From: Spizellomyces punctatus DAOM BR117
Taxonomy: Eukaryota
DNA length: 64,000 nt
Reading direction: 5' to 3' (one strand)
NCBI GenBank assembly: GCA_000182565.2
Contig: KQ257455.1
Part shown: positions 26,840 through 37,877 of the stretch, piece by piece
How the letters are laid out: every line of letters starts with the position of its first letter
Numbering within the stretch: the first letter of the stretch is position 1
Notes under the pieces: model-generated
What the model saw: the letters and a program-made list of their open reading frames with translations, nothing else
Told to the model about the DNA's origin: nothing
The model's database searches: none
Program-made: the position numbers and the translations under genes

Positions 26840-27376
26840 ATGGGGACCATGATCCCAATAAAGTACATTGCAAAGGTAGCAGACAATTATACCAGCCGCG
26901 AGTTCAGCTTTCCGCATGTCGCCCCGGTGAAGCTGACGGTCAACCCAGCGCCACGAGAAGCAGGAGCCCAATTTGTCGCGAATCTCTCAAACAGTCATTC
27001 TAAAGAGTTACTTGCAGCGCATAGTTGGCAATGTACAGAATGTGACCAACCCGCTCTTGAACTCATCCACAACCCGCTGGCTTACTTGCATGTTCGTCCT
27101 GAACCCTTCGTGTATGACTTGGTAGCACCCGTTTGCAGGGCGGGTGGAGACTGCAGTCGAGAGATACTCAAAGCGTACAAAAAAATGATGGCGCATGTGC
27201 GCAATGGAATGGGATTCCCTAAGGAAAATGAATATGGAGAGAAGCAAAGAGTGACGTTGTGTAATGGGTGCATGAAGGAGGCGAAACGGAAATGTTCACG
27301 GTGTAAAACAGTGTTTTATTGCTCGCCTTCTTGTCAAAAGACAGATTGGAAAGCTCACAAACCAAAATGTGCCTGA
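26840..27376 (+). CDS. Intronless zf-MYND protein
   Basis: CNGCMKEAKRKCSRCKTVFYCSPSCQKTDWKAHKPKC at the C-terminus. Confidence 0.85.
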   Translation: MGTMIPIKYIAKVADNYTSREFSFPHVAPVKLTVNPAPREAGAQFVANLSNSHSKELLAAHSWQCTECDQPALELIHNPLAYLHVRPEPFVYDLVAPVCRAGGDCSREILKAYKKMMAHVRNGMGFPKENEYGEKQRVTLCNGCMKEAKRKCSRCKTVFYCSPSCQKTDWKAHKPKCA

Positions 27377-27539
27377 CATGGATAAGTGGCATCGTTATCT
27401 GACGATTACCGAGATCAGCGCGATGGAGGGCAACTTGCTTAATTGTACGTCAATGGACAATAATTTAAAGACCTAATTGGGAACTATGAAAGAAGTCAAA
27501 AAGATGCACCGCAATCACGCAAAGTTGAGGCAGGCAGGC

Positions 27540-30500
27540 TCATATAGTCTCTGTTGGGTTCGTTCGTTCTAGAGTTGGCGACCTCGTTCCACCTTTCCCA
27601 TAACCAAAAAGCGCGCCAATCCCGCTTCTAGATGCCGACCTGCGGTTCATCCCATTTGGGTGTGATGGTACGCTTATATCAGACGATGGCGTTCGTGATC
27701 TGGTCGGGGAAGCGTCAGACTTCTCTACCGGCATTAATAACATTGTGGATGAGAGATCATCATCATTCTGCAGGTGGCCGCACTGATCTGCGGACTTCCC
27801 TTGCCCATGCCCATCGTCACGCACATCGGGAGGTATATCTCGCGTTGCAGTGCCCAATGTATGAATGGTATTGGCTGCATCCCGTGCTGCTCCGACGCTC
27901 GTCTCCGTGATGGATGTACCCTGGGACTCTAGGGCCCTGGCAAATGCGTGCGCAAACTCGTCAAGATGTCCATCTGGACGCGTCTCTGCCGGAAGAGTCG
28001 ATGGACCTGCTCGGGGAGACGGGAATTCCGACACCGATCCGTACCCGTAGGCCTCATCGGATTCGTCACCGTCAACGTCTCGGTCACTGCACAAGAATAT
28101 CAGTGTTGTTGTCGCAGTTTGGCTACCATGTTTTGGCGCCATTACGTACTCATTCCATCCGCTTACGGCGTCAATAATAGCCTTCAGGTTAGGCAGCGTA
28201 TGGCGAAGATTCGTCACAGTCAGTTGCAAGTGGCCCATAAGCTAAGCGATCCATTTAATGAGCAACAGCAGAGATGCAGTAAGTATCAATGACGTCATGG
28301 AGATCCTACTTGCTCTATGTTCTTGTTCATCAGAAATACGCCGTAATCAAACCGCATACGATCTGCTCCTCTCGAGTATAGAGGAAACCTATAAAAAAAG
28401 GAGAACTTATTAACAACTTTCAAATGAAATGAAAGATAAACGAGTCTACGAACTCTTTACTCCCAGTATAATGTTCTGATACAATGTCCGTAATGGAAGA
28501 GCGGGAAGACATCAGCTTCATGGGATACCGAAGTGGCACGTCGAGGTAGTAAGCAATCATATATAGCAAATGACACACAAAGCCCAGCGCAGCGGCTATT
28601 TTTTCGTCATCGTGTCCTAACACATATGTTTAAGTACGCGCAATCTACTCTAAATCCGATATTTTTTCATACCTGTGTATTCCGAATGTGGCAGTGGAAT
28701 CCCGCGTATAGTGTAGAAGGCAGAATTTAGTGCTGTATCCTTCATGCCCCGCCAAACGTTAGCAACTTGGAGCAGCAATAAAGGCGTTATAACTGCACCC
28801 TACCCGTGCAATCGGGAAGATATTTGCTGCGTCTACTATGAGATCCTTCTGTCGTCGGCGGACTTTCCTACGAATGCGATAAATCTCATCCCTGAAAGCA
28901 TCAGAGTTCCGGTCAATCGTGAGAGTATGTATCAACATTTCACGGTTCAGGATACTCCACCTCCTGACCGCCAGCCCAGCGGCATCCCCCCGGAGTATCC
29001 TTTCGTCAGAATCCTTGGTATCCCAAGCCTCGCGCAGATGCTGTCGGCCAGATTGCAGCAGGTCGCCTGTTTCCTTCAAATGATGACGTGCTAATTGAAC
29101 TGTCAGAGTCCCTTCTCGCAGATTATAACAAATTGCCACGGATAATTTCACCTTTTTTCACGTCTTCGGTCCGCTGCATGATATTGTCTTCAATGAACGC
29201 TAATCGGGCTTTCGTTGTTTTATAATCATGTAACTGAGCCACAGCTGGCATGAGGATAGACCAAATTGACGCCATTCATACACCTTTCAACTCACAAGAT
29301 TCCGGCTGTCCTGTTGTTGAGACAATATGCCTTCGCCTGCATCTATAATAGTGCAGACTGATCTTCGCAGTTCCCAAATCTCCTTCTGCGCTGCAACTAT
29401 TCTGTGAGAGTGCAAATATACTTAGTGCGAAGGAATTAATGCGCAAAGCGCTGCGAATGTGCATACCGCAGAATGGTCTCATATCTATATGAGGGTCGAA
29501 CCTAGAACAATGCGATCAGTGAGAGGAGCGAGCCTTCTACATCTATTCTCCGGAAGTCACCTTATGTGGTGGAACCTTAATACAGGGCACTTCCTCCTCA
29601 TCATTGGCATCCTATGAAACTAACTGGATTGAGAAAATGCATGAAATGCTTTGTGTCATTCAATCAATCACAACTGACCACGTCCATTGAAGGATCAAAC
29701 TGATAGTAACCGTCGTCAAGTGCAATGATGATTGTGGTGGACAAAAATGAGCATGACTCATCAGCAAGCTGTCATCTCATGGTCAGTTACGCTTGGTTGG
29801 AGATGGCATCCCACTAAATCTGATGCAAGTACCTCTTCACCTAGGTATCTCAGCTGCCGCAAGTTAATGACGCGTTCGATGGATAATCGATAGCATGATT
29901 CCCCCAAACATCTAGTGTAAATCTTGAGAATGAAACGTGCATCGTGCCATATGTTAAGGAGTCACCAAATTCAGAAAGCGTAACTTAAAGGATAATGATC
30001 AGTAGAAGGATATTAGACTCATTCAATGGCGCCCAGAGCGCGTAGGACGCCGTGTCCAGAGACCTCCACATAGGGTTCTACGGAAAGGGAAAAGTAAACA
30101 ATCCCGCCCTGGTAAGGATCGACAAGATTGCTTCAATATTTCATACCAGAGATCCTCGAACAACTTCGCTGGTGTAAAAAGGCTCATCTGAAAGAGGAGG
30201 CTTAACCATCGACAGTGTCCTGCATTTCGCAAATAAAGTGGAAACTACCTTGCCTTCCACCATTCACCGCCGTTAAGGTGTAATAAGCGTCAGTTAGTTG
30301 ACTCACAGAGGCCGATGCCACCTGGTCAAATTGTCCGTGAAGATGCCGCTGCGTATTGGCGCGACGTGCATCCGTGTGGTCCCAAAAATCCGCATTGGTG
30401 ACTGCTTTGCCTTTGCCCTTGGTACTGGACACTGCCTCAGGGAGGGGCACGCGGGCAACCAGAAACGATCCTTCACATGAGGGTTCATCGACTCTAGGCA

Positions 30501-30749
30501 CAGTTGTATTGAAATGTCCCTCGGGCTCCCCCCTTTCCAAGAATTGCAGAGATGTTCGACAGTCGGCAGGTGCTAGGTTTCGACCAACCAGTGACTTGAC
30601 ATGCCGGAGCCGCCGCTTCAGTGCGCGAGAGTGAAAGTAACTGAGTCAATCAAAGCAACGGGGAAGAAACTATACAGCACAAGCTGATGACGTTCAGCGC
30701 ATACCGGAGAGGTAAAGCCGTTGGATTTGGTCAAGGATCCGTGGCTCAT
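27540..30749 (-). CDS. UVRAG: UV radiation resistance-associated protein (Vps38; PI3K complex II)
   Basis: RRLRHVKSLVGRNL, C2 region FYTSEVVRGSLNPMWRSLD..INLRQLRYLG, coiled coil, then ALGFVCHLLYMIAYYLDVPLRYPM..FPLYSRG..RFDYGVFLMNKNIEQL..TLPNL. Confidence 0.88.
29937..30013 (-). other. U12-type (minor spliceosome) AT-AC intron in UVRAG
   Basis: 5' ATATCCTT, branch TCCTTAAC, 3' CAC; 77 nt. Removal restores the frame (..LNES-S-FILKIYTR..). Confidence 0.9.
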
Positions 30750-31063
30750 AGCCGCGTTCTTCCGCTCGAGCTCGGCCCTACACACACACGCTGCAACACT
30801 GTTTCCGAAGTGATGAGGATGAAGTTTACAAAGCAATCAGCCTTTCCAATTGGCCAGATATTATAGCATGTCAGTACAGGATCATCGAGTATCGGAATGG
30901 GACCAACTTGTCACTCATGATATCCTCAAGTAATGATGTACACAGCCACCCAAAGGCGTGACATGCCCCATGTCGCGCCTTCTTCGGTGGAATCTCACCT
31001 TTAATCAACATTTATACGGCAAGGTATACGACCAGTTTGTGCCAGATCTCACGGAATTAAAAC

Positions 31064-31804
31064 ATGACGAGTAGAGGACCTCGGGCGCGCTCCTCTAAAT
31101 CCACGCCGAAAGCGACAACCTCGTCGCCTACCTTGACAAATGCCTTCACCCAACGGAAGCTGACGGACTTCAAGAAAAAGGGGAAAAAGATAGAAAGTGA
31201 GACGCGGAAGAGTAACAAACGCAACTTAGCGGAGGCGGTCAAAGAAGTAGTCTTACAGTCGGAGGAACCCGGCGTTAAGGTTGCACGACTGGAACTGCCC
31301 TCAGAAAGTGAAGAGAGCGTCCCCATAGATCTAAAAACTATTGATGCTGAGGACAATGAGATACCAGTACTGGATGCTTCCTCATTAGGTGGGAATGCGA
31401 CTTTATTATGAGCTCAGCTCCAGGAAGCCACTAGGTATCACGGTCTCAACATGTTGGTTCTTGTAGACCCAGAAAATGAGAATGAGTCCCATGTGGAGAT
31501 ACCGGATCGGATCCGCTCACTTGTTGCGGACAAGCCAGCAGTACTAGAAATATTGAAGGACTTTGACCTCAACTATAATGTACGTTGCTTAATTATGCTG
31601 ATTATTTTGCCCATATCATCGCTTTTCTGATGTTTATGATGCATTTAGTACGGTCCCTGCGTTGGTTTGAGTAGAATGGAGCGATGGGAGCGCGCGCAAA
31701 AGCTGGAGCTAGACCCACCAGAGGATATCAGACTGATTCTTCTGACACCGGAAGCCAGGCAAGATGAAGACCTTCGGCAGCCGCTCTGGCATAATGACTT
31801 ATAG
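31064..31804 (+). CDS. POLD4: DNA polymerase delta subunit 4 (p12/Cdm1)
   Basis: LEILKDFDLNYNYGPCVGLSRMERWERAQKLELDPPEDI; N-terminal PIP-like QRKLTDF. Confidence 0.9.
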
Positions 31805-32039
31805 ATGGGACATCATCCCAAGAATGGTATAATTCTTGACGTCCTCTTGCGGGACCTTTTACCGAGTCTTGTAAATAAACCAGTTTTTGAAGCGAAGGTT
31901 GTCGATGAACTAGATGGACGATGACATGTCTGATGTCGAATCTAACGTTCACGTAATCAGGAATTACCATGCCAACGCGTCTGAGTCTGGTCGGATGAAC
32001 CACCTCTGCTCTAGGCACCCATCAGCACTCTTCACAAAC

Positions 32040-32252
32040 ATGTCCCTCGTTCCGGCCCTTCGCACCCTCTTCTCCCCTCTGGTACGACTACCACTTCTAC
32101 GGAGTACACCGCAGCAAGCGCAATTGACACGCACCTACCGGACACGTACCGCCCTGAAACTACGTTGCGAAAACTGTTTCTTTTGCCGACGCCGAGGGAA
32201 GCTGAGGGTTGAGTGTAGGGAGAATCCCAAGCACAAGCAAAAGCAGAAGTAG
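32040..32252 (+). CDS. MRPL36: Mitochondrial ribosomal protein bL36m
   Basis: Basic/hydroxylated presequence followed by YRTRTALKLRCENCFFCRRRGKLRVECRENPKHKQKQ. Confidence 0.92.
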   Translation: MSLVPALRTLFSPLVRLPLLRSTPQQAQLTRTYRTRTALKLRCENCFFCRRRGKLRVECRENPKHKQKQK

Positions 32253-32489
32253 ATGAATCTTACGTGAATGCCTCTACTGGGATAGAAGTGCGTGTTGGGG
32301 ATGAATTTGGAGAGAAATTTGTTATTAGTGGGAACGCTGATTCGACAAGGATGGAGGTGGCTCGTGTGCATGTTGGCGAGTGTTACTCTGTAAATATGAA
32401 TCATATTTCGTGCGTCTTTTGCCATTGCCACAATTGTTCACTATCGCCACCTCCTGTTCAATGGCAATGTCAAAAGGGCACGGTCTATA

Positions 32490-35400
32490 CTAATGGATAC
32501 TTTCACTTTCTAATAATTGCAAGCCGAGCCCAGCAACGGCAACCTGAATATGACTTGGGCTGCAGACAAATCAATGGGTCAACGATAAGGAACCACGGTT
32601 CTTAATAAGCTCAGTGCATACCTAATAACATTGACGTCAAGGTCCGAGATATCGGCTATATCCAGGTAGTAACTCGCAATCAGATCAAACCTGACGCTGC
32701 CCACTTCAGTATTCGTGAGGCTCCAGAAGTTCAGCCGTTGGTCTACTGATGAGCTGATAATGGTGCCGTAGGGGTGAATTTTGATGCCTGTGGATCACCA
32801 ATGTCAGAAGAAATACTGCTACAAATTTAATCATGCGAGCATACGGTAAGTACCTGTAACTCCAGAAGAATGAGCGGATGGGTGCGTTGCGGCTTTTATA
32901 GAATCTATCAATATTGAGTTTGGCCTTGGCCGGACCAGGATTTGCACGATCGATATCGCATTGTCATCGCCTCCAGAGGCAACCAGAATGGAAGAAGATC
33001 CAGGAGTGAAGGTTTTCTGGGAAGCAGTGCGATGGAGCTTTCTCACACTCAACGCATTGACTCCTGACTGGTGCACCTTCTCCGCATGGAAAGGAGTGGA
33101 CAGCTCCGTAACCGGCCTGACGGCGCTGCCTATATCCCCACATCCGTCTCTGATTATCTGGGTGCAGTCCCACACCATCAGGGTGCCGTCAGTTCCAGCC
33201 GTGAAGATGACAATCTTTGGGGCTTCTTCATCCTCTAAAGCCAAGGCGCGACACTTTAGGACGCACCGTTTATGTGTACCAGATCGTGCCAACAATAAGA
33301 ACACGTTCCGACTTTCACTGTACACCCATATCCTGAAGTAAGCATCCGAATATGCAGCTACGACCAGATGTAGCCCTTCAAACTCACTGCCCAATGATCG
33401 TAAGGCGACCGCTCCAACGTCCATGATCCGCGTTTCTGGTATGTCGCTCACCATCGGTGCACTTGCCAGCTCCAGGCACTGTGGCCCACTTGGATTGTCT
33501 GTTTCCATGCGCCAGCATCGTAACTCTTCCCGAGCTCCTGCTGTAAACATGAGCGTTCCAGTTTCTCCTGGTGAAACGGCTATACCTCGTACGACGGAGA
33601 CGTGTTTCCGCACGTTCAATACGCTCTTGAACCCATGGCCGGCATGAGTTGAATCATATTCATGAAAACGTAATACTGAATCTTCTCCTGTGGTCAGCAG
33701 AAGAACGGTATTCTCCTTTTCATAAGGCATATCGAGGAATCGCACGACCCTGGTTTCCAAGCCAGAATAATTCTGCTGCAGGATGGGATCCTTATAAATG
33801 CGGGTCTCCTGGACCTCACGATATACGCAGTGTAATTGTTCAGCGCGGATGAAGCCAAACGTCGCCCGATGCAAGAGCGCATCCGCTATACGGAAATCCC
33901 ACCGCCTATGCCCACCGCCACATGCAACTGAGAACATCTCGTATTTTTTGGTCTCGTTGTAGGCGAAAAATTTCTTATCGTAAAAACCGCACAAGACAGC
34001 CATATCGTCTATGAAGAAAAGCTTTTCGAGCCAGCCTTTTGTGATTTTCGAACGGTGGAGTTGCTCAAGGGACCATCTCGCTGTTGGGTCAGTCTCCGGG
34101 GAAAGCTCGTGTCCCACCACATGGTGACGTCCGTCCAATCGCTTCAACGCGAACCTGCAGTAAGTCCCATCGCGTCCCACACTCCCAAAGATTATTTCTC
34201 CCTCCCAGTCCTTCACGCATCGCATGTCCAAAGCGATAGATGTTACCGAATCTTTGCCATGAACTTTTCGGCTTACAAGCACAGGTTTCAAGAGCGCATT
34301 ACAGGGAGTATCGTCCGAAATGGTAGTGGTATCGTACACCGCTATGGCTCCCTTCCGAGATCCCACGATCAATACCTTCTCTCTGGTCGCATAGGCCACA
34401 TCCGTCACCCAAAAATGATCGGGGAGCTCCCCGGAAGCTACGTGAGTTACGATGCAGTGCTGTTCACGTTCGGATACCACTATATGGTGGATAAACAACT
34501 GCTCACTTTTCTCCGCAAAAGAGAATAGGTACCACGAATGCCTTATCCCCGTGGGTTCTAATATCACCTGATTGACCTTGCCGTCATGAGGGGCGCATTT
34601 TACAGGCAGAAATACCCGCATTGGGCTCAGCACCAGTAGTTGCCCGTTCATCCCACCGACGACGACTATTGTCCCGCAGCTGGAAGCAGTGAGAACTGAA
34701 TATCTTGAAAAATCTGCATCTGCATGAATTTCAAACTGTCGACGGTCACCGTCTCGGTTTGAAATAAGGAAACGCCCAGCACTTGTCGACATTAATGACG
34801 AAGTATAATCCAACCACGCAAATGTCTTCACTGTCTCTGGAGACGCCAACAGCGACTCACAAGGTGTCCCATCACCAGCTGCTTCAAAGCGATCCATTTG
34901 CTCCTCGGAGTCTATTCTATTTCTGTGCAAGGATGATAAATTCCACAGCCGGATACCACCATCATTTCCACCTGTCGCGACCGTATTATGTTGTGGATCG
35001 ATGTCCACACTCCATACATTCTTTCCATCGTGACCTTCCCAACATGCGATACACTCTTCTGTTGTGATGTCCCACACCCGGCATGTCGAATCCTCCGAAA
35101 TACTGACAACGAGATTATCTATGGTTCGACAGTCCCAAATCCGCGCCGCATGACCGTACAAGACTGCGGCCTGCTTCCTGCGGTAATGATGATTATGGTC
35201 ACGTCCGCATGTGTGTTACTCCTCCCTACTCACCGAGAATCCAGTCGTGTGTCCCAGACCCGGATGGTACGATCATCCGATGATGATACCAGTCTGGTAC
35301 CGTCAGTACTAAACCGTATGTTGAAAATTACACCCTATCAAGCCCCTATGAGAGACGGCTCTTAACGACCCTCATAGACTCCAAAGCACCAACCTCGTGC

Positions 35401-36331
35401 CCAACCAACTTTTTAAGCACCACTCCATCTCCATCATCATTTCGTCCGAATATATTCCACAGGAGCACTTGATTAAATACCGTACCTGACGCCAAGAGCA
35501 CTTCTCCAGGTGCCCTCTGAAAGAAGCGAGCGGCATAGCTAATATGGGCGAGTGAGCCTTAGTCAACTTCCTGGTATACTCGCTGCTCACACTTACATTA
35601 TGCATCGCTCCTCGCATTGCACATGATATGTTCGCTTATTCGCCTTATAGTTCCATATGTCCACAAAGTTGTGCGCAAAAGCCAGTGCAAGTAGAGGATG
35701 CCCATTTTCAACCTAAAGTTTGGGTACTCAGTGCTTTGGTGTCAAGACAAGACCGCTTGCGTCGATATCACCCGAAAAACTGACATTGTCACTTATCCAA
35801 TGCACATCTTTTATCCAATCGCGAAAAATAGTAAAACGGCTTTCGTTTATCAAGGTGCTCGAAAGGAGGGTTCCAGTGCGTGGATCGAGGTGGAAGCATA
35901 CCCGAACAACTTTGAGGTATTTGCCGCCCGCTATGGCTAGGCGAACTTCCGATATATTTCCCGTTGAACGGGGTGGATATTCTACAATCAAAAGGTAAGC
36001 AACGACCAATGAATGTGCGGTCGTGGGCAGAGGACAAGCTTACCAGGTTGTATAATATGAACTCGGGCATGGTCAAAAACAGTATATACAGAGACCACCC
36101 TTCCTACTGTTATGTCAAAAACCTTGAGTAGAGGACCGCATCCCGCCACCAATAGAGTTGGCGAAAGGAACGCCAGACAGGTTACTTGTCCAAGGTGGGC
36201 CCGTTTGACCAACTGACGTTCGTCACATATTAGTTAACGTGCGACAAAACTATGACAACAGATCAAATCAAACTTTAAAAATGTGATATGTGTCCCACAT
36301 ACCAGGTACAAACCTTGAAAGACCCGTCCAT
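32490..36331 (-). CDS. WDR6: WD40-repeat protein WDR6/Trm734/Rtt10
   Basis: HEGVIFNIRF..SSSDDRTIRVW, YGHAARIWDC, EGHDGKNVWS, VACGGGHRRWDF, VHQSGVNAL..ASGGDDNAI. Confidence 0.88.
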
Positions 36332-36475
36332 TGAGGCCCGATAATTGCGGATCTGGAGGACGAGCAGAAGATCGTCGCAACAGCAATCGGAATCGTGTGG
36401 TTCGAACCCTTATGATTAACCGCACTCATGGGGCTTAGATAATCCTGCGCCACCGCGATCGATATTTAGCTCATC

Positions 36476-37443
36476 ATGTCCGTTGTACCTTCTAATGGAG
36501 GCCAGCAGCATTACCCTAGCGGCTATCTTTATCCTCTGCCTTGGGCCACACCTCAATGCACAACACAGTCACCTACCTCAGCTGTGTCCACACAGGCCCC
36601 TGTAACGCCGAACGCAGAACCTGTCGTGTCGTCGTCGAGTGACGCTCCCGTTGGATCATCTACTCCTGCTCTATCATTGAATGGGAAAAGGGAAGAACTT
36701 TGGAGTTAGTGAGGATCAGAGACTTTGCCGTGCTTGGATTCAGATTTCAGAAGATCCCACAACGTACACCAAGCAGAGACAAGAGGCTTTTTTGTCAAGA
36801 GTCCACAAGTATTACAACCATAACTCACTGCTAGAAACAAGAATTGCTGATTCTTTGAAGAACCGGTGGGGTACCATATCTCGCAGTGTGACAAAGTTTG
36901 TACGGTATATGAGAGAGGCCGACAGAACACTGCCAAGTGATTCTTCTCCCATAATCCTTGCCCACAACCTATACCAAGCTGCAAAGAAATCCAAATTAGT
37001 GTTGCTCCACGCCTATCGCGTTTTGAGTGATTGTCCATAGTGAGCACCGTGGCATCTACAATGTCACTTTTTTTCTGCGTAATAAATTACGTTAAAAGTA
37101 CGATGCTGAATATCTCAGCAGGTTTATGACCGAAATTGCAGACAAGAAGACCGAACTAACGGAGTGCGAACCTGACAAGTACGATGATGAGGAACGGTCA
37201 CTTGGGGTGAAGCGAGCTAAACGCAAGTGAGAGGAAGACTGTAAGTGGGAAGAGAAAATGGAGTTGCTCATAAAAGGGTTGACCCTTATGGAGTGTGAGC
37301 TGCGAATGAAATAACTTGACACTGCGGTCAAAAGTTTTGAGATCCTTCACAAATAGTTTGGAGACGAGAATCATCCGCATGTCAAAAAGGCGATGCAGCA
37401 ATTGGCTAATGCGTTCGAATCATGCGAACGTGCAGAACAATGA
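36476..37443 (+). pseudogene. Decayed Myb/SANT-like (NAM-associated type) ORF typical of PIF/Harbinger transposons
   Basis: NFGVSEDQRLCRAWIQISEDP..SLKNRWGTISRSVTKF..HAYRVLSDCP** and ERSLGVKRAKRK*. Frameshift near 36690 and five in-frame stops. Confidence 0.75.
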
Positions 37444-37877
37444 CTGAGTGCTATGGCAATAATATATGTTAAGCCAAGAAAAAGCCCGCATTTATTACAA
37501 ATTCACATCAAATAAGCACCTAATTCTTGATGATAGCACCGCAAAATGCGGGGGAATACTCTAAGTTGTGCTGTCTCTGCATTAAACATAATTATAATAC
37601 ATTGACAGCATTTGCTGCAACACCAAATGCGAGCTTGCATATCGCGACCGTTATCTTCTGCTCGAGGGACAGCCGTGGCAACCCCGTACAATCATTATGC
37701 TGCAGAACATTGCGTGAAGCTAAATGGCCTGCAAATGCAATGCATATGATTGTTGTGTGAGATGTTATTAACGTAAGCGCTGTGTCGCCCGTCTGCGACT
37801 GTCCTAAAGATATTTATTGTTCAAAGTACTCATTTATATTACACACATGGCATATCCCTCGCCTGCCCCAGAAGCAA

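Noticed and set aside
29753-29761. Second ATGACTCAT site
   Set aside because: It lies in a UVRAG coding exon (LADESCS), so it is likely incidental.
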